Below are positions 35,836 through 46,455 of a stretch of DNA of 64,000 bases, piece by piece. The stretch is from Cenarchaeum symbiont of Oopsacas minuta (lineage in GTDB: Archaea > Thermoproteota > Nitrososphaeria > Nitrososphaerales > Nitrosopumilaceae). The stretch spans positions 146,335-210,334 of the forward strand of contig JAJIZT010000002.1 of assembly GCA_029948415.1 (NCBI GenBank), in the 5' to 3' direction. The notes below the pieces were generated by a model. It made no database searches. It was not told where the DNA came from and saw only the letters and a program-made list of their open reading frames with translations. Each line of letters starts with the position of its first letter. Within the stretch, counting starts at the first letter, position 1. A program made the translations under genes and the position numbers.

Positions 35836-38800
35836 GCGTTTTGTGTAACTGCAGGCAAACGTTTGTCCTTGTATCGTACCACCTGCGAGGCAGCATCTCC
35901 TTTACGAGGATATACACCGTATATCAAAGATGCTTTTGAGACGATCGAATCTTTTAGCGATACTACGATGAATTGACTCTCCTTTGAGCGTATCTCGAGT
36001 ATCTTTGAGAGCCTCTCTGCGTTTGGCGCATCAAGATGTGCATCCACCTCATCAAAGAGGTAAAATGGAGATGGTTTTAGCTTTTGAAGTGCAAGTACAA
36101 ATACAATGGCAGCAAGGGTCTTTTCTCCTCCGCTGATGGACGTAGATTCACGCTTTGGCTTGTTTGCAAATTGGAGTATGTATGAGATTCCAGAATTAAA
36201 TATATCATCCTCGTTTTGAAGCTCTAGCCACGCGCTACCACCAGTCATCTTTGAAAACGTGGTGCGTATCTGTTTGTCTACAACATCAAATGCGTTAAGA
36301 AAGGTCTGGCGCTTGTCACGTTCGATCTCTTCAATGAACCGCACTATAGAGTTACGTTCTCCTTCCAACATATTTTTGCGCATCGACATTGAACGGTACC
36401 CTTTGGAGATCTCAGCGTATGTACTAGGCGCCGTTGCATTTAATGCACCAAGCGAACGTTGTTCTGCTTCAAGCTGGAGTAGTAGCGGTTCTGGATCGTA
36501 CTCGGAATCGTATGTGCGATTACCACCAAACGAATCTAGTTTCTTTTTTAATGCAGTTAGGCGAATGTTTATTTCAGATATATCGCGCTCTAGTCCATCA
36601 GTGCGTCGGATTGCCTTTGTTCTTGAATTCATAGATTCACTCTCTCTTATACGAACCTCACGTACACGCTTGTCATACACTTCAAGGTCTGCAGTTGATC
36701 CACCCTGTCCTTCGATCAATCTTTGTTCGCCTTGACGCATATTTACTAGAATTTTACGCTCTTTGTCTGATTTTATCTCCATCTCTTTTATGCGTACGAC
36801 AAGATTTGTATCCTCACTTGATAGAGATTCGATCTCTTTTGTAGAGAGCAAGATAGATTCAACGTGCCTTGAAATTTCTGCGTCAAGTTTTTCCCCACTA
36901 GATGAAACTTTTCCATACTCTTTTAGAATGTTGGAATATTCTTTATCAAGTGTAGATTTTTCCTCGTTTGCTTTATGTAGATCCAACTCTATTGATTCAA
37001 TGCCGACGTTGGTGCGGATCTCTTTTAGTCTTGCAGCTTTGGACTGTAATAATTCTATTTTTGGACCATGTTTGCCTAGTTCTGATTCATAGATGGTATG
37101 TGCATTCTCTATTTCATTCATACGTCCTTTGATAGAATCATGTAACATTATTGCATTTTTTATGTTATTTTCAAGATCATTGTAACTATCTTGCGCTTTA
37201 ATCATTCCTGCTTTTGAAGCGTGCAAGAGTGCCTCTCTATCAGATATTGATGAATCTACTTTTCGCATAGCCGTTTTTTTAAAAATGATATGTCTTTTGA
37301 GCAAGGATACAGATTCAAGTAATCCTTTAACTGACATGCTCATAGATATGATGCTAGTAATCTTGGATATGCGTGAGTTTATGTCAACAATGACTGCAGA
37401 AGAGTTTGGTTTAAAGAAATCCCCATTCATTGTAACCACCCTATATCCTAAATTAGATGCCTTGTGTGCAGCATTGTTGGATGTGGCAACTGCAACGTTT
37501 CCAAATAGAAATTCTGCCAAATGTCGATGATCCTCCAAACATGTTATATGATCAGAGAGCATTCCAGTTATTCCATCAGAATTCAAGGTTGCTTTTTCAA
37601 CTGTAGAGAGGGCATCGAGTGGAATTATCTTGACTTTTGGGAGTTTTTGCTCTCGTACATATTCGGCAAGTGCCACCAAGGTCTCAAAATCGCGCACCAC
37701 AATTGCCTTTACCCATTCAGAACCAGAAGCCATGATTGCACGCTCGTATTTTTCATCCCACGAGAGTAGCTCGTATACAAGTCCGATAATTCCAAGTTTT
37801 GAGGCGTGCTCTTTGAGTTTTGCTACAGAGTAATCCTCATGCATGAGATTTTTTACAGTGTTTATCTTTGAATCATATTTTGTTCCTGCCTTTAATGATT
37901 TTTCAAGTATGATCTCTAGATCTTCTAGTTCATGCTCTGCTTTTGCTTTTTTCGCCTTTAATGTTGATATTAGAGATGAGATATTTGCCACGTCGCTTTC
38001 GTGACTTTTACGTATAGATGTCACACTCTCTTGTAGGGTGCGTAATTTTTCTATATTTTGTACGCATTTGTTTATCTTTGTTTTATTTGCCGCTTTTTTT
38101 GCAGTGCATTCAGATGCGCCGTTTTTAGCTTTTATGAGTACAAGTTCTTCATCGTGCAACAAAGATGTGATCTCTTGTAGGTTTTTGTCTACTTGTTTGC
38201 GATGTTTTGCTTCTGCAGATTGTCTTTGTAAAATTTTTGTTCGTCGTTCATCTGACTCTGCAACAAGTTTTGCAACGCGGTTACGTTTTGATTCTAATTT
38301 TCCAAGTAACTCATATGTAGTATGTGCATTTGACTCTGCTGTTATCTTTAGTTTGTTCGCATTTTGTAATTTTTCTTTTAAATCTCTTGTACGATCTTTA
38401 ATCTGCTCTATGCGTTTTTTACTAACTGCCAAAATGGCTCGTGTCTCTTCAAAAGATCCCATTGCATTTGAGAGCTGTTTATCAATATGGGATTTTTCCT
38501 TGTTGTATTCATTCATCTTTGTAAGGAATTGGGATTTTTCTGATTCTATTGATCTTGACTCTGTTCGAATTTTTTCTAGATTTTGCTCTATAGACTTTAC
38601 ATTTACTGATAGTGATTGCAAGGTTTGTGATTTTTCATTCTTTATTACATCTAGTTTGTGTATTTTGCCAGCTGTGAATTCTGCTTGTAGTTTTATAATC
38701 TCAGATTCCATATAATTATGACGCATCTGTAGGTTTCGCTGTATCTCTAGATCGTCTATCTGTTTTTTTATCTGTATCATGGTGGCAAAGGCAACGTTTA

Positions 38801-39368
38801 GTTTATTGTCTGCAGCCTCTAGCTGTTTTTGTGCAGCTGTTTTTTTTTCATCAAATGTAGACATGCCTATCAAATCTTCAATCGCACGGCGTTTCTCTTC
38901 AGAGGTAAACTCGGATATGCGTGTAACTGTACCCTGTTGTACTGCATTTAGCTGATGTAGGCCAGCATTTGCCATCTCTAATAGATCTACCACGTGTGTG
39001 CGTTGGGTTTTTTTCTTGTTGATATAATAGACATTATCACCACCAACTGAGAGCTCTCGAGTAATCTCTACGGCATCAGAATCAAATGGAATCTTTCTAT
39101 CAGAGTTGTCAAAATGTATGCTTACACGAGCCATGCGCGTATTTCCTCTAGAGGATGAAACATCATGTATGAGGGATCTGATCTTGTCTACTCTCATTAC
39201 CTTTGGTCTCATCTCACCGCTTGCAAATATGATAGCATCAAGTATGTTGCTTTTTCCTGATCCGTTGGGTCCAGATATTGACACAAGGCCTGGTCTAAAG
39301 TCAACTATTGTGTTACGAAATCCAAAAGATTTGAATCCAAATATCTCAACTTTACGTATATGCACCAT
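35832..39368 (-). CDS. smc: chromosome segregation ATPase SMC
   Basis: Walker A GPNGSGKSN, signature LSGGEKTLAA and Walker B LFDEVDAHLD. Long coiled coils. 1178 aa. Confidence 0.9.
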   Translation of the reverse strand: MVHIRKVEIFGFKSFGFRNTIVDFRPGLVSISGPNGSGKSNILDAIIFASGEMRPKVMRVDKIRSLIHDVSSSRGNTRMARVSIHFDNSDRKIPFDSDAVEITRELSVGGDNVYYINKKKTQRTHVVDLLEMANAGLHQLNAVQQGTVTRISEFTSEEKRRAIEDLIGMSTFDEKKTAAQKQLEAADNKLNVAFATMIQIKKQIDDLEIQRNLQMRHNYMESEIIKLQAEFTAGKIHKLDVIKNEKSQTLQSLSVNVKSIEQNLEKIRTESRSIESEKSQFLTKMNEYNKEKSHIDKQLSNAMGSFEETRAILAVSKKRIEQIKDRTRDLKEKLQNANKLKITAESNAHTTYELLGKLESKRNRVAKLVAESDERRTKILQRQSAEAKHRKQVDKNLQEITSLLHDEELVLIKAKNGASECTAKKAANKTKINKCVQNIEKLRTLQESVTSIRKSHESDVANISSLISTLKAKKAKAEHELEDLEIILEKSLKAGTKYDSKINTVKNLMHEDYSVAKLKEHASKLGIIGLVYELLSWDEKYERAIMASGSEWVKAIVVRDFETLVALAEYVREQKLPKVKIIPLDALSTVEKATLNSDGITGMLSDHITCLEDHRHLAEFLFGNVAVATSNNAAHKASNLGYRVVTMNGDFFKPNSSAVIVDINSRISKITSIISMSMSVKGLLESVSLLKRHIIFKKTAMRKVDSSISDREALLHASKAGMIKAQDSYNDLENNIKNAIMLHDSIKGRMNEIENAHTIYESELGKHGPKIELLQSKAARLKEIRTNVGIESIELDLHKANEEKSTLDKEYSNILKEYGKVSSSGEKLDAEISRHVESILLSTKEIESLSSEDTNLVVRIKEMEIKSDKERKILVNMRQGEQRLIEGQGGSTADLEVYDKRVREVRIRESESMNSRTKAIRRTDGLERDISEINIRLTALKKKLDSFGGNRTYDSEYDPEPLLLQLEAEQRSLGALNATAPSTYAEISKGYRSMSMRKNMLEGERNSIVRFIEEIERDKRQTFLNAFDVVDKQIRTTFSKMTGGSAWLELQNEDDIFNSGISYILQFANKPKRESTSISGGEKTLAAIVFVLALQKLKPSPFYLFDEVDAHLDAPNAERLSKILEIRSKESQFIVVSLKDSIVSKASLIYGVYPRKGDAASQVVRYKDKRLPAVTQNA

Positions 39369-40037
39369 GGTTTATCAGATAACATACTATATCATAGACC
39401 ATATTTAACAATATTTCTTGACCGTTAAAGACAAAATATTGATCGTACTGAAAAATTTCACGAGTTTGTTAGAGTACGCGATCAAATGTTAAAACTAGCG
39501 ATCAAAAGTTATTTTTGTATATTTAACAGTCATTTCAGTAAAGCTAGAATTCTAGATGCTGAAAATTAATATCGATAATCTCCAACTCGTTTCTTTTGTG
39601 CCGACTTTTTTCATGCATGTATTTTTTGCACTTGTTTTATAGCGCCATTGAATGAAAAATATGTCTTCAAAAAAAATAGATTTCATGTTAAAGAAAAATG
39701 TCGCTAGTTCAAGTATTATCAAGATACAGGATCATTGGGTAGAGAAAACAGAATCAATGCATATCCGCCTATTAAAGATGGACTCGATTGAAAATGAGTT
39801 ATTGTAGTAGATAAATTCGTGTCCACATCATCTTTACAAACTACAAGATAGATTGATTCTTTTTGATCCTAGAAGAGATGTTATTTTTAGAGGTTTGGAT
39901 AAATTCATCAAGTATTACAATGTGGATTCATCTTTCATTGTAGAGATGAAATTGAGATATAATAATCGGGAAGATGATTTGTTTGAGATTTTGACGCGAT
40001 ATATATCAGAGTGATATATTGACTTTTTCATAACCCT

Positions 40038-40116
40038 TAGTCTGTTGCAAGCTTCCTAATATTGAAAATGTCAGAGTATGATTTTGATATAAAAACTCGA
40101 GTTATGCAACTAAGTA
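40038..40116 (-). mobile_element. 79-nt MITE-like element, copy 1
   Basis: Imperfect terminal repeats TAGTCTGTTGCA and TGCAACTAAGTA. Flanked by the direct repeat CATAACCCT (40029-40037 and 40117-40125). Homologous, in inverted orientation, to 55397-55475. Confidence 0.6.
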
Positions 40117-40190
40117 CATAACCCTGCCTAGAATACTTTACCAAAAAACAAAAAGATCAGTAATAACTCATTACAATTATTGGCATATAT
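40117..40190. repeat. interspersed repeat Y, copy 1
   Basis: CATAACCCTGCCTAGAATAC...AAAAGATCAGTAATAACTCATTACAATTATTG. Matches 63929-64000. Confidence 0.55.
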
Positions 40191-40366
40191 CAAAGATGGA
40201 AAATACATCTATACGCTTCCGATGAATTCATTGCACATTACAATTACACCAAGAATACATGTGAAATGATGGTTTGATCTTAAGTTACAAAGATCAAGAT
40301 GGATGATGTGAACGAGTGGAAGATGTTGATATAGAATGTAGTTTGTATACATATGAATTATTGACA

Positions 40367-40726
40367 TTATTTGGTTTTAGATTCAAGTAATTTTTTAAAT
40401 TCATATATTACAATGTTATGAACTTTCCCATCTGATCTTACAGTAATTATGCTCCCGTCATCATTAGGTTCTAACTCAATGATAATTTTTTTATATGGTC
40501 TAGTCCAATAATAAATAGCTGCGATGACAAGTCCTACAATAAATAACAATAAACCAACTACTATCAAAGTAACCAATACACCTACACTATAATTCCGGTT
40601 ACCTTTGAAAACTATTTGTTCATTTTTCATAGAGGACGTTATTTCAAAATCTCCATGTCTGGATTGTTTTATGATTTTTTTATAAGCTATCTCAGGAGTA
40701 CAATCACTATCAAATTCAGCATACAT
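40367..40726 (-). CDS. hypothetical membrane protein (one TM helix)
   Basis: Hydrophobic stretch VGVLVTLIVVGLLLFIVGLVIAAIYYW. Confidence 0.35.
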   Translation of the reverse strand: MYAEFDSDCTPEIAYKKIIKQSRHGDFEITSSMKNEQIVFKGNRNYSVGVLVTLIVVGLLLFIVGLVIAAIYYWTRPYKKIIIELEPNDDGSIITVRSDGKVHNIVIYEFKKLLESKTK

Positions 40727-40822
40727 TGCATTTACGTTGATTATATTGAAGTATTAATATGTTCAGAGATTAATTCTGAAAAGATCGTTATTTATGAATA
40801 GGTTTCGATAACTTTAGAATCT

Positions 40823-41314
40823 ATGTTGGCAATGCTTAAACAACATGTAAACAATATACATTACATGAAGGCCACATTTGGTGCAGGATGTTTTTGGCAT
40901 GTTGAAGAGATGTTTAGCAAAATTCCAGGTGTGATATCCACATCTGTAGGGTATGCAGGAGGAGATGTAACAGATCCAAGTTATGAACAAGTGTGCACCG
41001 GTAACACTGGACATGCAGAATCTGTCCAAATAGAGTACGATCCAGATAAAGTCCCATATGAGGAACTCTTGCGCGTGTTTTGGGAGAATCACAACCCCAC
41101 AACACCAAACAGACAAGGTCCTGATGTTGGAACCCAATACCGCTCTGTGGTGTTTATTCATGATGTAAAACAAAAAGAGGCTGCAGATGCAATCAAAAAA
41201 CGCATAAACGAGTCTGGTAAACATCCAGATCCCATAGTGACCCAGATTGTTCCAGCAGGCAAATTTTACAGGGCAGAAGAGTATCATCAAAAATACTTTG
41301 AAAAAAATTGCTAG
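40823..41314 (+). CDS. msrA: peptide methionine sulfoxide reductase MsrA
   Basis: GAGCFWHVEE, GHAESVQIEYDP and NRQGPDVGTQYRS. The start may be Met at 40865. Confidence 0.85.
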   Translation: MLAMLKQHVNNIHYMKATFGAGCFWHVEEMFSKIPGVISTSVGYAGGDVTDPSYEQVCTGNTGHAESVQIEYDPDKVPYEELLRVFWENHNPTTPNRQGPDVGTQYRSVVFIHDVKQKEAADAIKKRINESGKHPDPIVTQIVPAGKFYRAEEYHQKYFEKNC

Positions 41315-41431
41315 ATCACTAGCAATTGCACCATACAATTCCCTCTAGATAATCCACATATGTTATTTGACTAGAAAATCAACTCGTCTGTAGATTGGCA
41401 TCATGTCAAAGTTTTGATATATTTTCACATG

Positions 41432-42283
41432 TTATTTTCTAGTGGATTCTAGTAAAAATTCCAACATTATTTTCGGAATATTTTTGTCGGTCACTTTGGA
41501 TATACCTTTGAATTCTACTGTATTGTTTACCTCATGGGCAACAAGACCTCGTTCTTTATCTTCCATCATATCTACACCAAGTATTCCACCACCGACGGCT
41601 TTGGATGACTTTATAGCAAGATCTTCCATCTCTTTTGTTATCTTGCACATTTGAGGATCTGCACCAAGTGCTATGTTTGTTTTAAATCCATCAGATGATG
41701 TTCTATACATTGCAGCTATGGCATATTCTCCAACGGTGATAACACGTATGTCACGTGGTGGACGTTTTACCAGTTTTTGTAGATAATAAATTCTATCATA
41801 CGGACCATCAGATATCTCTCGTGCTTCTGTTACAGCTTCAAGTGTTTCACGGTCAGATATTTTTGCCACTCCACGACCCCAGCTACCAACTAGTGGTTTT
41901 ATTACAAGTGGGTATTTTGCAGTATCTGCCATATCGATTGCAGACTCTCTTGTAAATGCAAAAAACGTACTAGGTGTTGGTACATTATGTTTTCGTAGTT
42001 TTAATGTCATCAACATTTTGTTTCCACATATGCTAGCAACTGCTAGTTTGTTTATTACAGGTACATTCAAAAATTCCAGATATGCAGTATAATGTAGGCC
42101 GCGAAAATAGCTTATACATCTCTCCAATGCACCATCACCAAAATCTAATGTGGTTTTTTCAGTATTGATATGAGATGATTTTGCATCGATCATCTCCACT
42201 TGTATACCCATCTCTGTGGCTTGTTTTAAAAGCATCTTTTCTTCGATCCGCAGGCGGTCAAATACAATGCTGACTTTGGGCAT
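41432..42283 (-). CDS. lysX: RimK/LysX-type ATP-grasp ligase (LysW ligase; ArgX-like by context)
   Basis: MPKVSIVFDRLRIEEKML and ATP-grasp motifs. The start overlaps the lysW stop (TAATG). Lies in the argG operon. Confidence 0.8.
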   Translation of the reverse strand: MPKVSIVFDRLRIEEKMLLKQATEMGIQVEMIDAKSSHINTEKTTLDFGDGALERCISYFRGLHYTAYLEFLNVPVINKLAVASICGNKMLMTLKLRKHNVPTPSTFFAFTRESAIDMADTAKYPLVIKPLVGSWGRGVAKISDRETLEAVTEAREISDGPYDRIYYLQKLVKRPPRDIRVITVGEYAIAAMYRTSSDGFKTNIALGADPQMCKITKEMEDLAIKSSKAVGGGILGVDMMEDKERGLVAHEVNNTVEFKGISKVTDKNIPKIMLEFLLESTRK

Positions 42284-42450
42284 TACTCTCCCCAGTCTTC
42301 GCCTATACTCTCTGCTTTCTTTAGTTCCATCTGCGAGCCATCTTGTTTTGATATCTCATAGTCGGCTCCGCAGTCAGGACATGAAACAATCTCGCCAGAG
42401 GTGGCATCACCTGGAACATCTATTTTTGCATCACATTCTGGACAGTTCAT
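42283..42450 (-). CDS. lysW: amino-group carrier protein LysW
   Basis: 55-aa ORF below the track cutoff: MNCPECDAKIDVPGDATSGEIVSCPDCGADYEISKQDGSQMELKKAESIGEDWGE. Zinc ribbon and canonical EDWGE C-terminus. Confidence 0.8.
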   Translation of the reverse strand: MNCPECDAKIDVPGDATSGEIVSCPDCGADYEISKQDGSQMELKKAESIGEDWGE

Positions 42451-43646
42451 GTTTTTGCTGACATTTTATCTTGTAATTTATTCGCTTCTGTTGACTGCAT
42501 GCCCCACAACGCCACAAACCCCATAGCCAACCTCTGATCAAAGGTAGAATCAAGCCCATACGTTGAAGATTTTACATTATATAACGAATATTTTGAAGAG
42601 CGCCCTACCACACGTAGGCTGCCATGGTGCATACGTATCCTTACAGTTCCAGTCACGTATCTTTGACTATTTGATATGTATCCATCAAGATCCTCACGTA
42701 GTGGATCCTCCCATAGACCAGAGTATGCAAGCTCTGCCCACTGATCGTCTATAGTTGATTTAAAGCGGGTCTGATGTTTTGTGTGAATCAATTTTTCAAG
42801 ATCTCGGTGTGCCTCTATTATGCACGTAGCAGCTGGCGCCTCGTATATCTCACGAGATTTTATTCCGACGATACGATCCTCTATGTGATCTAGTATGCCA
42901 ACTCCTGCAGCACCAGCTTTATTGTTTACATACTCTACAAGAGATACAGGATTCATCCGTTTACCGTCAACTGATACTGGTATGCCACAGTTGAATCCAA
43001 TCTCAATATATGATGGATTTTTTAATGCATTTGATACTCGAATCCATTCAAATGCACTCTCGGGAGGTTCTTTTGATGCATCTTCTACAATTCCTCCTTC
43101 TATAGCGCGTCCCCAAAGATTTTGATCAATGCTGAATTTTTTTGCTACTTTGTCTATTGATATACCATGTTTTTTTGCAAACGCCAGCTCTGTATTTCTA
43201 TCAAGGTTCATCTCGCGTATTGGTGCTAGTATTGGCAAGTTTGACTTTGCATGTAACGTGGCATCAAATCTGACTTGATCATTTCCTTTGCCAGAGCATC
43301 CATGTGCCAAAGCAGATGCATTCTCTTTTGCTGCAACTGTGATCAATTTTTTTGCAATGAGTGGTCTTGCAAGAGCTGTAGCTAGAGAGTATTTTTTTTG
43401 ATATAGTGCATTTGCTTTTATGGCAGGATATACATAATCAGTTACAAATTCAGTCTTTGCATCAATGTGGACATGTTTTACGGCACCAAGTTTTTTTGAT
43501 TTGGCGGCGACTTTACGATAGTCATCTTGCTGCCCCACATCCACGGTAACGGTAACTGTATCCATGTCATATTCTTCTAGGAGGTATTTTACGACCACAG
43601 ATGTATCAAGTCCACCTGAAAAGGCAAGTACTGCTTTTTTAGACAT
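42447..43646 (-). CDS. argG: argininosuccinate synthase
   Basis: AFSGGLDTS P-loop-like motif. 399 aa. Confidence 0.9.
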   Translation of the reverse strand: MSKKAVLAFSGGLDTSVVVKYLLEEYDMDTVTVTVDVGQQDDYRKVAAKSKKLGAVKHVHIDAKTEFVTDYVYPAIKANALYQKKYSLATALARPLIAKKLITVAAKENASALAHGCSGKGNDQVRFDATLHAKSNLPILAPIREMNLDRNTELAFAKKHGISIDKVAKKFSIDQNLWGRAIEGGIVEDASKEPPESAFEWIRVSNALKNPSYIEIGFNCGIPVSVDGKRMNPVSLVEYVNNKAGAAGVGILDHIEDRIVGIKSREIYEAPAATCIIEAHRDLEKLIHTKHQTRFKSTIDDQWAELAYSGLWEDPLREDLDGYISNSQRYVTGTVRIRMHHGSLRVVGRSSKYSLYNVKSSTYGLDSTFDQRLAMGFVALWGMQSTEANKLQDKMSAKT

Positions 43647-43855
43647 ATTTTACAACCTCCATGTGCATCTCTTGCATGCTATTAAAACATAATGTGGCCT
43701 ATTCATACGAGGTTGTATCCATGCATATAATTATCAAAAAGTGTTGTATTTACACACAAAAAGAATAGTTGACCTCTAATGCCTATTCTTGCCATAGATC
43801 AAAAGCTATAGCTAAAATCCGATCATTATTTAACTATCTGCCAACGCTTTTTTTT

Positions 43856-44851
43856 ATGAAGGTATTATACGTGATAGCGTGTGTGGTGCTAGTCATTCTA
43901 GTAACTGCCATACTATATACGCAGATTAGAGTAGAAGAGGATGTACAGAATCTACGTGTCACCGTCTTTGCAAATGCAGGGCATGCAGCTCCCATAATAG
44001 GCATGGAGCGTGGAATTTTTGCCAAAGAGATTACAGATACCATAATTGATCTCAAAATCTTTGACAGCGGTCCGCAGGCAATAGAATCACTTTTTTCTGG
44101 ATCATCGGATATTGCATATGTGGGTCCAGGGCCTGCGATAAATGGTTTTCTAAGATCTGATGGTGAGATCATAATTCTTGGAGGTGCAGCTAGTGGAGGG
44201 GCAAGCTTTGTGGCGCATCCGAATTCTGATATAGATTCCATCAAAAGTCTTGATGGAAAACGTGTTGCAACTCCACAGATTGCAAATACTCAAGATGTAT
44301 CACTTCGACATCACTTGAATGAAAACGACCTAGTCACAGTAGAACGTGGTGGAACAGTATACGTGATAAACGTTCCAAATCCAGATATCTATGTTTTATT
44401 CTCAAAGGGAGATATTGATGCTGCATGGGTTCCAGAACCGTGGGCTACACTTTTGGTAAACAAATTAGATGGAATACGGATATTTGAAGAGAAAGATGTA
44501 TGGGATAACGGCGAGTTTGCATCTGTACTGCTTGTAGCACGTACAAAATATACAGAACAGCATCCACAGATCATACAAGAATGGCTCAACGCTCATGCAA
44601 AATCAGTTGCATGGATAAATTCAAATCCTAAAGAGAGTGTAGATATTTTGCACAAATTTATCAAACGTGAGCTTGGAGCCTCTTTTGAGCGTGAAATTAT
44701 CGCAGAATCTCTCTCTAGAATAGTGATCACATCCGATCCAATCTCATCATCAGTTGAAGAATTTGCTAGCATGGCTCATGCTCTAGGATATCTTGGTCGT
44801 GGAGAGTATAGCCTTGATGGACTTTATTACGGTATGGAGGATTCAAGATAA
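43856..44851 (+). CDS. ABC transporter substrate-binding protein (NitT/TauT, NMT1-like)
   Basis: N-terminal anchor MKVLYVIACVVLVILV and periplasmic-binding-like body. Start taken at an internal Met of ORF 43769..44851. Confidence 0.6.
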   Translation: MKVLYVIACVVLVILVTAILYTQIRVEEDVQNLRVTVFANAGHAAPIIGMERGIFAKEITDTIIDLKIFDSGPQAIESLFSGSSDIAYVGPGPAINGFLRSDGEIIILGGAASGGASFVAHPNSDIDSIKSLDGKRVATPQIANTQDVSLRHHLNENDLVTVERGGTVYVINVPNPDIYVLFSKGDIDAAWVPEPWATLLVNKLDGIRIFEEKDVWDNGEFASVLLVARTKYTEQHPQIIQEWLNAHAKSVAWINSNPKESVDILHKFIKRELGASFEREIIAESLSRIVITSDPISSSVEEFASMAHALGYLGRGEYSLDGLYYGMEDSR

Positions 44852-45612
44852 TGCCAGAGATAGAAGCTAGAGATGTTGTAAAATATTTTGCACATCAAAA
44901 ACATACACTATGCGCTATAAACGGTATCAGTCTCTCTGCTAGTGCAGGCGAGTTTGTATGTATAGTTGGCCCATCTGGATGTGGCAAATCTACGTTTCTT
45001 CGCATTCTTGCTGGTCTTGAAAAACCAGATTCAGGTGAGATCTTTATCAACGGCAAACCTGTACACGATACAGGACCTGGACGCATAATGGTATTTCAAG
45101 AAGGTGCCCTCTTTCCATGGCTAAAGGTAAAAGACAATGTGGAATTTGGCTTGAAAGTTTCTGGAATTCCATCAAAGGAGCGCTCGCAGATATCTTCAAG
45201 ATATCTTTCAATGATGCAACTAGACAAGTTTGCCGAATATTATACATACCAGATATCAACTGGCATGAAGCAAAGAGTTGCAATAGCTCGCGCACTTGTA
45301 ATGGATCCAGATGTTTTGCTGATGGATGAGCCATTTGCAGCCCTTGATGCACAGACAAGAGATCTTTTGTTAAGCGAGATGCAAGAGATTTGGATGCGTA
45401 CAAAAAAGACTATACTCTTTGTAACTCATAATGTATCAGAGGCCACAGTTCTTGGTACTAGAGTTGTGGTCTTTGGAGGTAGACCATCTTTTGTAAAAGG
45501 AGAGTTCATAATAGATGCACAAAGACCTCGACATACTGATGATTCAAGTCTTGTAAATCTACAAAAAGAGATACGTAAAAAATTAGCTAGCTCCTCAGAG
45601 GTTGAAAAATAA
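44851..45612 (+). CDS. ABC transporter ATP-binding protein (NitT/TauT family)
   Basis: Walker A GPSGCGKST, signature ISTGMKQR and Walker B LLMDEPF. Confidence 0.85.
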   Translation: MPEIEARDVVKYFAHQKHTLCAINGISLSASAGEFVCIVGPSGCGKSTFLRILAGLEKPDSGEIFINGKPVHDTGPGRIMVFQEGALFPWLKVKDNVEFGLKVSGIPSKERSQISSRYLSMMQLDKFAEYYTYQISTGMKQRVAIARALVMDPDVLLMDEPFAALDAQTRDLLLSEMQEIWMRTKKTILFVTHNVSEATVLGTRVVVFGGRPSFVKGEFIIDAQRPRHTDDSSLVNLQKEIRKKLASSSEVEK

Positions 45613-46368
45613 ATGGTATCACACATATTAAAAAAGATTATATTTTTTGCTGTAATAATTTCAATTTGGCAGATAACTGCTAGCTTTGATCTCTGGCCAG
45701 ATCAGATATTTCCATCGCCTTATGAGATATCTGAAGATTTAGCATATGGTGCACTAGATGGTAGTCTCTTTTATGGAATCGGTACGAGTATGTTGAGACT
45801 GATTATTGGACTTGTAGTAGCTATAGCAGGTGGAGTAACACTTGGTGTCTTTATGGCACGTGTTGAAACTGTAAATCAAACCATTGGATCACTAGTGCTT
45901 GGTTTACAGTCCATACCGTCTGTAGCATGGGTACCACTTGCCCTCATATGGTTTGGAGTCACAGATGCTGGAATAATTTTTGTAACCGTTATCGGTGCCG
46001 TCTTTGCAGTTACGATAAACACGTATACTGGAGTCAAAAACATAGACCCACACTATGTAGAGGCAGCTCGTAATATGGGCGCTAGTGGAAGTAAACTGAT
46101 ATTCTCTGTACTGCTTCCAGCTGCATTCCCGTATATTTTTTCAGGATTTAAACAAGGATGGGCGTTTGCATGGCGGGGTGTCATAGGAGCTGAGATACTG
46201 TTTTCATTCCTAGGTCTAGGATTTTTGCTCAATGTTGGTAGGCAGACTGTGGACGTATCTCAAGTTATGGCAATAATGTTGATCATAATGGTCATTGGAA
46301 TGATAGTTGATGCCCTGATATTCTCAAGGTTGGAGAATAGGATCATGCGTCGTTGGGGATTACGATGA
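45613..46368 (+). CDS. ABC transporter permease
   Basis: Six hydrophobic segments and an EAA-like loop (VEAARNMGASGSKLIFSVLLP). Confidence 0.8.
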   Translation: MVSHILKKIIFFAVIISIWQITASFDLWPDQIFPSPYEISEDLAYGALDGSLFYGIGTSMLRLIIGLVVAIAGGVTLGVFMARVETVNQTIGSLVLGLQSIPSVAWVPLALIWFGVTDAGIIFVTVIGAVFAVTINTYTGVKNIDPHYVEAARNMGASGSKLIFSVLLPAAFPYIFSGFKQGWAFAWRGVIGAEILFSFLGLGFLLNVGRQTVDVSQVMAIMLIIMVIGMIVDALIFSRLENRIMRRWGLR

Positions 46369-46455
46369 TGGATTTTATGCAGTTGAGAGAGTATCATATG
46401 AAAAGACTGCCCTTGCACAATTAAGATAAATTAAACCCACATACAAGTAGAGAGT

